Below, in pieces: positions 39,059 through 49,940 of a DNA stretch of 64,000 nucleotides; the first letter of the stretch is position 1, and each line of letters begins with the position of its first letter. The translations under genes and the position numbers were made by a program. The stretch comes from Thermodesulfobacteriota bacterium (lineage in GTDB: Bacteria; Desulfobacterota_D; UBA1144; Nemesobacterales; JAJCZQ01): the NCBI GenBank assembly GCA_965215275.1, contig OZ244044.1:64001-128000 (forward strand), given 5' to 3'. The notes beneath the pieces are model-generated. The model was not told where the DNA came from. It was given only the letters and a program-made list of their open reading frames with translations, and made no database searches.

Positions 39059-40414
39059 GTGTTTATGATCACTGAACTCAGTAGGGTTATAGATTCTATA
39101 GTTAAAGATAAGAACGTAAATAAGGACGAGATCATTCAGGCAGTGGAAAATGCGGTTTTGTCCGCTGCTGAAAAGTTGTTCAGAATGAACGGTAAGGATA
39201 ACGAACTGGAAGCTCGTTATAACGAGGAAACTGGAGAAGTTGAGTTGTTTGAGTTTAAGGAAGTGGTCGATGACTTGAACTACCCTGATGTGGAGATCTC
39301 TCTCCAGGATGCTGGAGAACTGGATTCGGATGCAGAAGTCGGAGATATGATCGGCGTCAGGATAAGTCCGGATTTTTCAAGGATGGCTATACAGAACGCC
39401 AAGCAAAAGGTACTTCAGAGCGTCAAGGAAGCTGAAGGCAAGGTCATATACGGTGAGTTCGTAGATAGAAAAAGCGATCTGATAAGCGGTATAGTGAGAA
39501 GGATCGAAAGAAGGAACGTAATAGTCGATCTTGGCAGAACGGAGGCAGTTCTGCCGAGAGAAGAGCAGGTGCCGCACGAGTATTACAATCCGAAGGAAAG
39601 AATAAGAGCGATCCTTTTGGATATACTGGAAACAAAAAGAGGCCCACAGTTGATCCTGTCAAGGGCAAATACTGAATTTGTCAGAAAGTTGTTTGAAACG
39701 GAAATACCCGAGATCCCCGAGCAGATCGTAAACATTAAATCGATCTCAAGGGACCCGGGAAGCAGAACCAAAATATCAGTTCACTCCAACGACCCGGACG
39801 TTGATCCCGTTGGGGCATGCGTGGGTATGAGAGGGGCAAGGGTGCAGAATATCATACAGGAACTAAAGGGTGAGAAGATCGATATAGTTCTGTGGTCGGA
39901 CGATGCCGCAAGATATATGTGCAATGCTTTATCTCCAGCTAAGGTCAATAAAGTCATCATTGACGAGAGAGAAAAGGCTATGGAGGTCATAGTTGAAGAT
40001 GATCAGCTCTCACTTGCAATAGGACGAAGGGGACAGAATGTCAGGCTTGCGTCTCAGCTGACGGGTTGGAAGGTCGATATCAAAACCGAGACAGAGGTCA
40101 ACAAGGAACAGGGGGAAGTCGTTTCATTGTTCATTGCCTTGCCCAACCTTGGAGAATTTACTGCAAATATTCTGTATACGGAAGGTTACAGAAGTCTGGA
40201 AGATATAGCTTTTGCGGACCCAGAGGTGCTGTCACGGATCTGTGGGGTCGAAGACCTGAACGAAATAGAAAAGATACAGACTGCGGCGAGGGTTGCACTG
40301 AAGGACAAACTGGAAAAAATAACATCGGAGGAAGCCGCTGCAGATAATAATCAGGAAGAGGAGACCGAGGACCAGAAAACCAATGAAGGAGTTAATAACG
40401 ATATAACGGTTTAA
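39059..40414 (+). CDS. nusA: Transcription termination factor NusA
   Basis: S1/KH domains, DPVGACVGMRG and SLAIGRRGQNVRLA motifs. Confidence 0.98.
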   Translation: MFMITELSRVIDSIVKDKNVNKDEIIQAVENAVLSAAEKLFRMNGKDNELEARYNEETGEVELFEFKEVVDDLNYPDVEISLQDAGELDSDAEVGDMIGVRISPDFSRMAIQNAKQKVLQSVKEAEGKVIYGEFVDRKSDLISGIVRRIERRNVIVDLGRTEAVLPREEQVPHEYYNPKERIRAILLDILETKRGPQLILSRANTEFVRKLFETEIPEIPEQIVNIKSISRDPGSRTKISVHSNDPDVDPVGACVGMRGARVQNIIQELKGEKIDIVLWSDDAARYMCNALSPAKVNKVIIDEREKAMEVIVEDDQLSLAIGRRGQNVRLASQLTGWKVDIKTETEVNKEQGEVVSLFIALPNLGEFTANILYTEGYRSLEDIAFADPEVLSRICGVEDLNEIEKIQTAARVALKDKLEKITSEEAAADNNQEEETEDQKTNEGVNNDITV

Positions 40415-40430
40415 AACAAGCACTGTTAAA

Positions 40431-43001
40431 ATGAGAGTATACGAACTGTCCAAAGAGATCGGAGTAGACAACAAGGAAGTGATAAAGATCGCCAATAAGA
40501 AATATGGCTTGAAATTAAAGAGCCATACAAGTGCAATTGAAGACAAGGTCGCGTCCAAGATAAAAGAAAGTATGCTGAAGAACAATGAATCAGCTCATGC
40601 CGTTGAGACCGAAGAAAAAGAACAGGTAAAGACGTTTAAGAATGAAGCCGGGCAGGAGGTCGTTGAAAGAAGAAAAGGCAGTAAGGTAATACTAAGAAGG
40701 AAGAAAAAAGTCGCTGATGTTCCGGAACCGGAACCTGTTCCAGAGGACGTTAAAACTGAAGCGGATCAAGTTGCTGCCACAAGTACCGGAGATGAGAAAT
40801 TAAAAGAGGAAACTCCGGAAATTGCTGACTTGGGATCTGCACCCGACGACCCCGCAAGTCAGCTGCAGGATACAGCGGACACGGAGGTGCAAGGGCCGGA
40901 AACATCGAAGGAAACCGGTCCTTACGAAGAAGGTAAGAAAGTTGAGGCTCGTACGGACAAGACCGCTGAAGATGACAAGGTCGTAAAGAACAAAAAGTCC
41001 AGACGAGCAAAGATAAGCAAAGAAGATGTAATTGATGAAGAGACTTTTGAGGAACTTAGAAAAGCCTTCAAAACCAAACTCCCATCTCGCAAGAAAGAAT
41101 ATGTGATCAGGGACAGGGCCAGGCATTTTGATCGTGGAAGAAGGGACAGAGGTCCACAAAAGGTCTTAGATACCCAGATCAGTGCAGATGCTCAGGATGA
41201 CCAGAGCTTGTTAAATAAAACAGGTGGTCAGTTAAGCAAAGAAGTTGAGAAAAAACCTATAACGATCGGTGAAACGGTCCCTGTAAACGAACTTGCCAAA
41301 AAAATGAGCATAAAAGGTGTTGAACTCGTTAAAAAACTGTTCCATCTTGGAACCCCTGCAACTATAAATCAAACGATTGACGGTGATACAGCTGCGATCG
41401 TTGCCGAAGAGTTTGGTCATAAAATAATAGTTAAGAAATTTGAAGAGGACGATTTTCTGATAGACCATTCTGAAGAGGGGAAAGATAAGCTGGAAGCACG
41501 TCCGCCGGTGGTAACGCTTATGGGACACGTGGACCACGGAAAAACCACGCTGCTGGACTCCATACGTCAGACGAAAGTCGTTGACGTTGAGGCTGGCGGT
41601 ATTACTCAGCACATAGGTGCTTATAAAGTTACCTTGGACGGCAGAACGATCGTTTTTATCGACACCCCGGGCCATGAAGCCTTTACGTCAATGCGGTCTC
41701 GCGGTGCGAACATAACCGATATAGTTATTTTAGTAGTGGCAGCAGATGATGGAGTTATGCCTCAAACGGTTGAGGCTATCAGTCATGCCAGGGTCGCAGA
41801 AGTACCATTGATAGTGGCGATAAATAAGGTCGATAAAGAGAACGCGGATATCGAAAAGATAAAAAGACAGTTATCCGAAAACGATATAGTGTCTGAAGAG
41901 TGGGGAGGTAATACGCTGTTTGCAGAAGTTTCAGCAAAAACAAAAAAAGGTATAGACGGTCTGCTTGAACTCATTTTGCTTCAGGCTGATGTTATGGAAC
42001 TGAAAGCAGTTGCGGATAAACGTGCCAACGGGGTCGTTATAGAGACTAAGCTGGACAAGGGGAGAGGTCCGGTATCCACGGCACTTGTAACCGAGGGTAC
42101 GTTGAGGGTGGGAGATATTGTTACCTGTGGAGTGTTCTCGGGTAAGGTCCGTGCTCTCCGGGATGAAAACGGCAAAAACCTCAAAGAGGCAAAACCGTCG
42201 ATACCCGTAGAGATAATGGGTGTTTCAGGTGTGCCTTCGGCGGGTGAAAGGTTTTACGTTGTAAAAGATGAAAAAGTTGCCAAAGACGTAATTGCCCATA
42301 GAGAAGAAAGATCAAGGGTAAGAACGCAGCTGCCTTCTGATAACATTTCTCTGGAAGACCTGTTCTCCAATATGGAAGAGAACGAGGTAAAAGAACTGTT
42401 CTTGATAGTTAAGGCTGATACCCACGGTTCGATCGAAGCATTAAAAGAATCAATAAATAAATTAAGTAATGAGAAATGTAAGGTTAATTTTGTGCATTCA
42501 GGCGTGGGAGGTATTAATGAATCCGATATCGTTCTTGCGCGGGCATCAAATGCGGTCGTGGTTGGATTTAACGTCAGACCGGATACAAAGGCACTCAGGA
42601 CCGCGGAATATGAAGGAATCTGCCTGGAACTCCACAGTATCATATACGACGTTTTAGACAGGATTAAAAATGCCATGGAAGGGTTATTGAAGCCCATTAT
42701 ACAGGAGAGAATCGATGGAAGGGCAGAGGCCAGGGAAATCTTTCATATTTCAAGAATTGGAACGATCGCTGGTTGCATGGTCTCTGATGGCACTGTTAAC
42801 AGGGACAACAAGGTAAGGATCTTGAGAGAGTCAGTTGTTATATATGACGGGGAATTAAGATCTTTAAAAAGATTTAAAGATGATGTCAGGGAAGTTCAGT
42901 CTGGATATGAGTGTGGTATCAGTATTGAGAATTTTAACGATATTAAAGTTGGTGACGTATTTGAGTTTTATCACCTTGAGGAGATCAAGCAGCAGCTTTA
43001 A
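40431..43001 (+). CDS. infB: Translation initiation factor IF-2
   Basis: [25 protein letters not shown] and SLKRFKDDV motifs. Confidence 0.99.
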   Translation: MRVYELSKEIGVDNKEVIKIANKKYGLKLKSHTSAIEDKVASKIKESMLKNNESAHAVETEEKEQVKTFKNEAGQEVVERRKGSKVILRRKKKVADVPEPEPVPEDVKTEADQVAATSTGDEKLKEETPEIADLGSAPDDPASQLQDTADTEVQGPETSKETGPYEEGKKVEARTDKTAEDDKVVKNKKSRRAKISKEDVIDEETFEELRKAFKTKLPSRKKEYVIRDRARHFDRGRRDRGPQKVLDTQISADAQDDQSLLNKTGGQLSKEVEKKPITIGETVPVNELAKKMSIKGVELVKKLFHLGTPATINQTIDGDTAAIVAEEFGHKIIVKKFEEDDFLIDHSEEGKDKLEARPPVVTLMGHVDHGKTTLLDSIRQTKVVDVEAGGITQHIGAYKVTLDGRTIVFIDTPGHEAFTSMRSRGANITDIVILVVAADDGVMPQTVEAISHARVAEVPLIVAINKVDKENADIEKIKRQLSENDIVSEEWGGNTLFAEVSAKTKKGIDGLLELILLQADVMELKAVADKRANGVVIETKLDKGRGPVSTALVTEGTLRVGDIVTCGVFSGKVRALRDENGKNLKEAKPSIPVEIMGVSGVPSAGERFYVVKDEKVAKDVIAHREERSRVRTQLPSDNISLEDLFSNMEENEVKELFLIVKADTHGSIEALKESINKLSNEKCKVNFVHSGVGGINESDIVLARASNAVVVGFNVRPDTKALRTAEYEGICLELHSIIYDVLDRIKNAMEGLLKPIIQERIDGRAEAREIFHISRIGTIAGCMVSDGTVNRDNKVRILRESVVIYDGELRSLKRFKDDVREVQSGYECGISIENFNDIKVGDVFEFYHLEEIKQQL

Positions 43002-43009
43002 GTTCCTGT

Positions 43010-43274
43010 ATGATCGCTGGTTTAATACAGTACAAAGGATAAAAGAAGAGCAGTAAAAAGCCCTGCAGAAAAAGTCAGGTGTGAGTTCCGAAACTTACAA
43101 ACTTATCAGTTTCCGAGCTGTGTTCAAACGGCCTGTGGAAAAAACAGGTATTTTTACTGTGCTGAACGCTGTTCAGCCTGTTAGTTCTGACTTGGACCGC
43201 GCGTTCTGATCTGCTTAAAAAATACAGGTTCCTGTGATATAGTTTCCGGTCACGTTGAACTGTCAGTTCTTTAG
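43010..43274 (+). pseudogene. Frameshifted DUF503/YlxP-family gene
   Basis: Fragments MIAGLIQ / KDKRRAVKS..EKVR / NLSVSEL...LWKK / DIVSGHVELSVL* are broken by frameshifts and lie at the usual infB-rbfA position. Confidence 0.7.
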
Positions 43275-43283
43275 GTGTCTGAA

Positions 43284-43637
43284 ATGGGATACGGCTATAA
43301 AAGATCCAGGCAAGTTGGTGAGCAGCTAATGCGCGAAATTTCCAATATGATAACGATCGGTGAGATCAGGGACCCTAGGGTAAGGTCGGTCGTTATAACG
43401 AATTTCCATCTGTCGGACGACCTGGGATATTTAAAACTTTACTTTATGACCATTTCAGACGGTTTTGATATAAGCAGCGTTAAACAGGGACTGGACAGTG
43501 CTGCTAAATTCATCAGACAAAGGCTGGGAAGCAGAGTAAGGTTAAAAAAACTGCCAAAAATAGAATTTGAATACGATAAGGTATTAGAAAGTGGTTATAA
43601 AATTGATGGTCTTATAAAAGAGGTGATATGTGACTGA
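43284..43637 (+). CDS. rbfA: Ribosome-binding factor A
   Basis: IRDPRV, LSDDL and PKIEFEYD motifs; operon position. Confidence 0.92.
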   Translation: MGYGYKRSRQVGEQLMREISNMITIGEIRDPRVRSVVITNFHLSDDLGYLKLYFMTISDGFDISSVKQGLDSAAKFIRQRLGSRVRLKKLPKIEFEYDKVLESGYKIDGLIKEVICD

Positions 43638-44625
43638 CCATCTGGAACAGGTTACCAGGGCCGTTTTAAAGTGTAAAAGCCTTTTGCTGGCATCCCATGA
43701 AAGCCCTGATTGTGACGCTCTTGGTTCAATGCTTGCGTTAGGACATGGTTTGTCAGGTATAGGCAAGAGAGTTGAAATGTACAGTTCAGACGGTATTCCT
43801 GATCACCTGAAGTTCTTACCGGGCTGGAAAAAGATCGTAACTGACCTGTCCATATTAAAGGAAGAAAAATACGACCTGATAGTGCTTCTGGACTGTACGG
43901 ACGTATACAGGCCGGGAAAGGCCTTTGGAAAGCTCGTTAGCGGTTTTGATAAAACGCTGGTCATAATTGATCATCACTTCACTAATAAAAGTGACTGTGA
44001 TATATCTCTTGTGGATCATAACGTTGCCTGTACGGGCATTTTAGTCCATAAACTGCTCAAGCGATGCAGTATAGAGATCAGCAAGGACATAGCTGATTGT
44101 ATATTGTCGGCGATAATAGGTGATACCGGGTCTTTTCGTTATTCAAATACGAACTCCGAAGCTCTGCGAACATCAGGGGAGTTACTGGAAGCCGGTGCTG
44201 ACCTGACGATGGTGACGCGGTCGATATACGAGAACGAACCACTGAAAAAAATAAAATTGATCTCGGAGGTAATAAATACCCTTGAGGTGGACGATACGAA
44301 AAAAATAGCATCATTATACGTTGATGAGTCAATGTATAAGAGGACCGGCACGACAAAAGAGGATACGGAAGGTATCATTAATATAGCAAGAAGTATAAAC
44401 GGTGTTTCTGTCAGCGTTTTTTTTAAGCAGGACCGTGTGAACGGCAGTGACCGCATGCCGAGCTGGAGAGTGAGCCTAAGATCAAAATATGATGTGGACG
44501 TTTCTAAAATTGCACAGAGATTTGGAGGTGGTGGACACGTTAAAGCCGCCGGACTATCGATCGAGGGCAGTATAAAAAGCGTTAAAGACAGAGTTCTGCA
44601 ATCTGTTAAAGAAGCTGTCAGATGA
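43630..44625 (+). CDS. nrnA: DHH/DHHA1 phosphoesterase (NrnA-like)
   Basis: HESPDCDALGS, IDHH, DTGSF and GGGGHVKAAG motifs. Confidence 0.9.
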   Translation: MTDHLEQVTRAVLKCKSLLLASHESPDCDALGSMLALGHGLSGIGKRVEMYSSDGIPDHLKFLPGWKKIVTDLSILKEEKYDLIVLLDCTDVYRPGKAFGKLVSGFDKTLVIIDHHFTNKSDCDISLVDHNVACTGILVHKLLKRCSIEISKDIADCILSAIIGDTGSFRYSNTNSEALRTSGELLEAGADLTMVTRSIYENEPLKKIKLISEVINTLEVDDTKKIASLYVDESMYKRTGTTKEDTEGIINIARSINGVSVSVFFKQDRVNGSDRMPSWRVSLRSKYDVDVSKIAQRFGGGGHVKAAGLSIEGSIKSVKDRVLQSVKEAVR

Positions 44626-45539
44626 ATGGAGCATTGATACTGAACAAGCCGGAAGGTATTACTTCGAACGGGGCTCTGAGCAAGGTTAAGAAACTACTGA
44701 ACTGTAAGAAAGCAGGTCATACCGGAACGCTGGACCCTTTTGCCACTGGTGTGCTTCCAATACTTTTTAATGAAGCCACAAAGGTTATTCCATATCTTAT
44801 GGACAGCGTTAAAGAGTACATTGGAACCATGGAACTGGGCGTTTCAACCGACACGCTTGACAAGACGGGTAATGTAATAAATAAAAATAAAATTGGAAAA
44901 ATCAGTGAAAGTGATATAATAAAATGTTTTTGTAAATATAAGGGAGACATTAAACAGACGCCTCCCATGTTTTCCGCAGTTAAAAAAAAAGGCGTCAGGT
45001 TATACAGTTTGGCAAGAAAGGGTATAAGCGTTGAGAGGGAGTTAAAGGACGTCAGAATAGAGAAATTGGAACTGCTGGATTACAGACCACCTCATGTGCA
45101 GTTTTATGTAAAGTGTTCACGGGGGACTTATATAAGGTCTTTAAGTGGGGATATTGGTAATGACCTGGGATGCGGCGGATATCTTAAAGTACTGAAAAGG
45201 ATCTCCAGTGGGCAATTTTCGATCGATGATTCGTTTACCATTGAAGATATAAAGAGTTCAGATTTCAAGATAATAAAACTGAACGATTTACTGGGTCACC
45301 TGGGATCGATCGAGGTAAGTGATGAGATTGCCAGTATAATACGCGATGGAAAAAAGCTGTTGAAAAGTTACTTTACCGGGGTTTTATTTCCGAATTTTGA
45401 AGGATCAGAGATATTGGCCGTTAAGAACAGCGGCGACCTTATGGCAATAACAAGAGCGCAGGTTCCATCTGACAGAATAAGCAGCCTGGACGATAAGGAT
45501 ATAATTTTAAAGGTTTTACGAGTTATTAACGTCAATTGA
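44622..45539 (+). CDS. truB: tRNA pseudouridine55 synthase
   Basis: GHTGTLDPFATG, PPMFSA and CSRGTYIRSL motifs. Confidence 0.97.
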   Translation: MNGALILNKPEGITSNGALSKVKKLLNCKKAGHTGTLDPFATGVLPILFNEATKVIPYLMDSVKEYIGTMELGVSTDTLDKTGNVINKNKIGKISESDIIKCFCKYKGDIKQTPPMFSAVKKKGVRLYSLARKGISVERELKDVRIEKLELLDYRPPHVQFYVKCSRGTYIRSLSGDIGNDLGCGGYLKVLKRISSGQFSIDDSFTIEDIKSSDFKIIKLNDLLGHLGSIEVSDEIASIIRDGKKLLKSYFTGVLFPNFEGSEILAVKNSGDLMAITRAQVPSDRISSLDDKDIILKVLRVINVN

Positions 45540-45561
45540 TCATTTTAGGAGGGATGAGAAG

Positions 45562-45831
45562 ATGCCACTTGATCGGGAAGAGAAATTAGAGGTTATAAAA
45601 GAGTATTCAGGTTCTGAAAAGAACGTTGGTTCTACCGAAGTTCAGATAGCGTTGCTATCAAAAATGATAGACAGGTTGTCAGTTCACATGAAGCAAACCC
45701 CCAAAGACAATCATTCGCAAAGGGGATTAGTACAGCACGTAGCGAAAAGAAGAAAGTTATTAAATTATCTTAAGCAAAAAAATTCACAAAAATATAGTGA
45801 TTTAATCCAAAAATTAGGGTTAAGAAAGTAA
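45562..45831 (+). CDS. rpsO: 30S ribosomal protein S15
   Basis: GSTEVQIALL, KDNHSQRGL and LGLRK motifs. Confidence 0.98.
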   Translation: MPLDREEKLEVIKEYSGSEKNVGSTEVQIALLSKMIDRLSVHMKQTPKDNHSQRGLVQHVAKRRKLLNYLKQKNSQKYSDLIQKLGLRK

Positions 45832-45850
45832 AACTATTAGGAGGTTTTCC

Positions 45851-47962
45851 TTGCCGATTCCACATAAAACAACAGAGAAGCAGCTTTTTGAAAAAAACTA
45901 TAGGTTCGAGATAGGAAAAGTAGCAAAACAAGCGAGCGGTTCCGTTCTGGCGACGTATGAAGGTACGACGATACTTGCTACCGTTGTAGCGGAAAAAGAA
46001 GGGCTGGAGGGTGAGGATTTTCTTCCTCTTACAATTAACTATCAGGAGAAATCCTATGCAGCCGGTAAAATACCAGGTGGTTACTTTAAAAGGGAAGGAA
46101 GACCCTCAGAACAGGAAGTTTTGATATCCAGGCTTATAGACAGACCGCTCAGACCGTTAATACCCAAGGAGTTTAATTACCCGACGCAGGTTATGGTAAC
46201 CGTTCTGTCGGCCGATGGTAAGAACCCTCCGGACGTCCTGTCACTCAATGCTGCGTCCGCGGCCATAATGTTATCCGATATACCGTTCGAAGGTCCGATA
46301 GCGGGGGTTAGAGTAACAAGAATAGATAATGAGTTTATCTGCAATCCCACTAAAGACCAGATCGAACTGGGTGATATGGATATCGTTGTTGCTGGTTCTC
46401 AGGAGGCTTTGGTTATGGTCGAAGGTGGAGCAAAGGAAGCAGCTGAATCCGATGTTATTGATGGATTGTTGTTTGCCCATGACTGTATAAGGGAGTTTAT
46501 CAAGATGCAGGAAGAAATGGTAGACGGTCTGGATATTGAAAAAAGGGTCGTAAGATCATCTGATATTGATCCGGAATTAAAGAAAGCGGTTTATGAACTT
46601 GCCGGACCAAAGCTCCATGAGTCCCTCATCGCGGACTCTAAGTCCTCAAGGAAAAACAACATACAGAGCATTTATCAGGAGACAACGGAAAAATTAACGG
46701 TGGATCTTGAAGATGATGCGGACGGTATTGCGAAATCCTATGAAAGTTTATTGAAAGAAGTTATGAGAGAAATAGTGGTCAAAAAAAAGATCAGGCTCGA
46801 TTCAAGGGATTATGAGACCGTAAGGGATATTGATATAGACGTATCTTTCCTGCCGCGAACTCACGGGTCCGCACTTTTTACAAGAGGAGAGACGCAGGCG
46901 GCGGTGGTCGCTACGCTGGGTACACCTTACGACCAGCAAAGGATTGACTCGCTGGATGGTGATATAACCAAAAAATTCATGCTTCATTATAATTTTCCTC
47001 CTTATTCCGTTGGAGAGACTTCAAACAGACTTAACCCCGGGCGTCGTGAGATCGGACACGGTGCACTGGCCGAGAGGGCTATCATACCGGTACTGCCGGA
47101 TAACGAAGATTTTCCTTATACAGTACGCGTTGTATCTGAGATCCTCGAGTCGAACGGCTCATCATCGATGGCTACCGTTTGCGGAACTTCCTTATCGTTA
47201 ATGGACGCAGGTGTGCCTATCAGCAAGCCCGTGGCAGGAATAGCCATGGGTCTGATCAAAGAAGGTGATGAATTTGTCATCTTATCGGATATTTTAGGTG
47301 ATGAAGACCACTTAGGGGACATGGATTTTAAAGTTGCCGGAACGCAGGATGGAATAACCGCTGTTCAGATGGACATCAAGGTCAGGGGCGTTACAAAGGA
47401 GATACTGGAAAAAGCACTGAACCAGGCAAAGGATGCCAGGCTTTTTGTGTTAGATAAAATGAACGCAGTGTTATCAGAGCCCAGAGAGGATACGTCTGAA
47501 TATGCTCCAAAGATAGACATCATGACCGTGCCTCAGGATAAGATCAAGGACGTTATAGGTCCCGGAGGTAAGAACATTAAAAAGATCATTGAGGTCACAG
47601 GCGCCCAGATAGACATAAACGATGCTGGCGTAGTGACGATCGCTTCTCCGGATTCAGCTTCCTGTCAGAATGCCATTAAGTATGTAAACACCTTAATTGA
47701 AGAGGTGGAGATAGGTAAGGTATATATAGGTAAAGTGAAGAGAATACTGGATTTTGGGGCAGTTGTGGAACTTGTGAACGGGAAGGATGGACTGGTCCAT
47801 ATATCGGAACTCTCAACAAGCAGGGTCAAAAGCGTCTCGGATATCCTGAGCGAAGGTGATGAGATATTAGTTAAGTGTATTACAAAAGAAAGGGACGGAC
47901 GAATAAGATTGAGCAGAAAAGGGGCATTGGATGAAAATATAGAAGATTATAAAACCGTTTAA
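45851..47962 (+). CDS. pnp: Polyribonucleotide nucleotidyltransferase
   Basis: RREIGHG, ESNGSSSMA and DMDFKVAG motifs; KH and S1 domains. Confidence 0.99.
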   Translation: MPIPHKTTEKQLFEKNYRFEIGKVAKQASGSVLATYEGTTILATVVAEKEGLEGEDFLPLTINYQEKSYAAGKIPGGYFKREGRPSEQEVLISRLIDRPLRPLIPKEFNYPTQVMVTVLSADGKNPPDVLSLNAASAAIMLSDIPFEGPIAGVRVTRIDNEFICNPTKDQIELGDMDIVVAGSQEALVMVEGGAKEAAESDVIDGLLFAHDCIREFIKMQEEMVDGLDIEKRVVRSSDIDPELKKAVYELAGPKLHESLIADSKSSRKNNIQSIYQETTEKLTVDLEDDADGIAKSYESLLKEVMREIVVKKKIRLDSRDYETVRDIDIDVSFLPRTHGSALFTRGETQAAVVATLGTPYDQQRIDSLDGDITKKFMLHYNFPPYSVGETSNRLNPGRREIGHGALAERAIIPVLPDNEDFPYTVRVVSEILESNGSSSMATVCGTSLSLMDAGVPISKPVAGIAMGLIKEGDEFVILSDILGDEDHLGDMDFKVAGTQDGITAVQMDIKVRGVTKEILEKALNQAKDARLFVLDKMNAVLSEPREDTSEYAPKIDIMTVPQDKIKDVIGPGGKNIKKIIEVTGAQIDINDAGVVTIASPDSASCQNAIKYVNTLIEEVEIGKVYIGKVKRILDFGAVVELVNGKDGLVHISELSTSRVKSVSDILSEGDEILVKCITKERDGRIRLSRKGALDENIEDYKTV

Positions 47963-47977
47963 TAATTAACTGTAACA

Positions 47978-48913
47978 TTGCTGAACAACTCAACAATTCC
48001 TAAAATAATAGCTGTTTTAGGTCCTACGGCAGTCGGAAAGTCAAAGTTTGCCATTGAATTAGCACAAAAGATCGATGCCGAGATAATAAGTGCTGATTCC
48101 ATACAGATTTACAGATATTTTGATATAGGTACTTCAAAACCTTCTCATGCTGAAAGAAGGTCTGTCCCTCATCATTTAATTGACATCAGATATCCAGATC
48201 AGGATTTTAGCGCCGGATCATACAGAGAGGCGGCGACCAGGATAATAAACGAGCTGAGTAGGAAAAACAGGAGAATAATTATCGTTGGTGGAAGTTTTCT
48301 GTACATCAGGGTTCTGTTGTCGGGATTGATAGAGAATGTGCCCGCAAATGCAGACGTCAGGAAGGAAATTGAAAAAGTTAAGAGTGAAAAGGGAACGGAA
48401 TACCTTTATAACGAGTTGAGGCAGATAGATGCTGACTATACCGATAAAATAAACAGGAACGATTTTATAAGGATACAAAGAGCACTGGAGGTATATTACT
48501 TAACGGGTACTAAGATATCTGAGCTGCACAAAACCCATGGGTTTAGCGGGAATGAATATAATGCGTTAAGACTGGCATTATATTCTGACCCTGAACGTCT
48601 CAACGGGATTATCAATAATCGAGTTGATACCATAATGCAAAAAGGATTAGTGGAAGAAGTAAGGTATATTCGCTCGCTTGGTTACTCAAAAGACGCAAAA
48701 CCGATGGGATCTATCGGGTACAAGGAAATAAATCAATATCTGGATTCAGAGATCGACTTTGAAGAAGCGGTCGAACTGATCAAGAGAAATACACGCAGAT
48801 TTGCAAAAAGACAGATGACCTGGATCAGAGGAGAGGATGACCTGCGGTGGTATGAGATAGAAAGGGAAAAGGAAAAGCTGATGCAGGACTGTCTGGATTT
48901 TTATGGTCTATAG
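47978..48913 (+). CDS. miaA: tRNA dimethylallyltransferase
   Basis: GPTAVGKS, ADSIQIY and AKRQMTW motifs. Confidence 0.97.
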   Translation: MLNNSTIPKIIAVLGPTAVGKSKFAIELAQKIDAEIISADSIQIYRYFDIGTSKPSHAERRSVPHHLIDIRYPDQDFSAGSYREAATRIINELSRKNRRIIIVGGSFLYIRVLLSGLIENVPANADVRKEIEKVKSEKGTEYLYNELRQIDADYTDKINRNDFIRIQRALEVYYLTGTKISELHKTHGFSGNEYNALRLALYSDPERLNGIINNRVDTIMQKGLVEEVRYIRSLGYSKDAKPMGSIGYKEINQYLDSEIDFEEAVELIKRNTRRFAKRQMTWIRGEDDLRWYEIEREKEKLMQDCLDFYGL

Positions 48914-49378
48914 ACCTGGATCGTTTATCTCTTCTTCTATTTTTTTCAGATAGCCTTCTTTATCCTTTTCAACGGTATTTTTCATAGCCGTCCTGTTCCT
49001 GGAGTATATGAACCTTATCATAATAAAAAAGCCCAGTATAATGACCAGCAGCGGAGCAAGCCATACTATCAGCCTTATACCTCTGGTGGGAGGCGAGGCC
49101 AGTACCGATTCTCCATATCTTTCAGTGAAATAGCTAAAGATCTCCTGTCTGGACTCTCCAGCTTCCAGCTTTCTTTTTATTATCTCTCTGAAATCATTTG
49201 CCAGTGCCGAGTTTGATTCCGCTACCGTCTGTCCCCTGCAGACCGGACACATCAGTTCATCCGATATATCAGATACTTTTTTTTCTATGGATCCATATAC
49301 CTCGGGAGCAGGTAACAACATTAAGGACAGAAGCAGTATCTTAACTATGGAAAGAGATAGATGTACCGTTTTATACAT
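48908..49378 (-). CDS. ccmH: Cytochrome c biogenesis protein CcmH
   Basis: LMCPVCRGQ..ESN, RYGE.VL.SP and VWLAP motifs; start uncertain. Confidence 0.88.
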   Translation of the reverse strand: MYKTVHLSLSIVKILLLSLMLLPAPEVYGSIEKKVSDISDELMCPVCRGQTVAESNSALANDFREIIKRKLEAGESRQEIFSYFTERYGESVLASPPTRGIRLIVWLAPLLVIILGFFIMIRFIYSRNRTAMKNTVEKDKEGYLKKIEEEINDPGL

Positions 49379-49394
49379 ACAGGTATTATAACAC

Positions 49395-49919
49395 TTATTC
49401 AGCAAGTAGCTTTCCAAGGAAGTGATCTGTAACGTTGTCAGTAAGTTGTCCCTGAAATCTGTTAACTACTATCCCTTCTTTACTGATGAAGTACGTTTCG
49501 GGTACGCCCGCTATTCCGTAATTAACGTGTATTTCGTTATCCGGATCAAAACCGTTAGAGTAATCTGGCCGGTGTTTATTTATAAAACTGACGGCATTTT
49601 CGTACTTGTCCCAAATATTAACCCCAATGAAAACAGTGTCTTTATCCCGGTATTTTCTATATGATCTGTTTATGACCTCCAGTTCCTCAACGCAGGGTAT
49701 ACACCATGAAGACCAGAAATTGAGAACGATCGCCTTACCGTCGAGAGAACCAGAGTTCAGGTTCTTACCGTCAAATGTTGTCAGGTTAAATGGCGGGTAT
49801 TGTTTTCCGGTCAGAGAAGAACTGTTCAGGTTAGTGTTATTTTGAAACAATGCCAGATACATTATAAGTATAAATAAGACTATTATGGTAAAGACCAGAG
49901 TTAACGAGATATTCTTCAT
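49395..49919 (-). CDS. TlpA/CcmG-like thiol-disulfide oxidoreductase
   Basis: NFWSSWCIPC and GVPETYFI motifs; N-terminal TM. Confidence 0.9.
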   Translation of the reverse strand: MKNISLTLVFTIIVLFILIMYLALFQNNTNLNSSSLTGKQYPPFNLTTFDGKNLNSGSLDGKAIVLNFWSSWCIPCVEELEVINRSYRKYRDKDTVFIGVNIWDKYENAVSFINKHRPDYSNGFDPDNEIHVNYGIAGVPETYFISKEGIVVNRFQGQLTDNVTDHFLGKLLAE

Positions 49920-49940
49920 GCTTTTTAGTTTAAACTGCTG

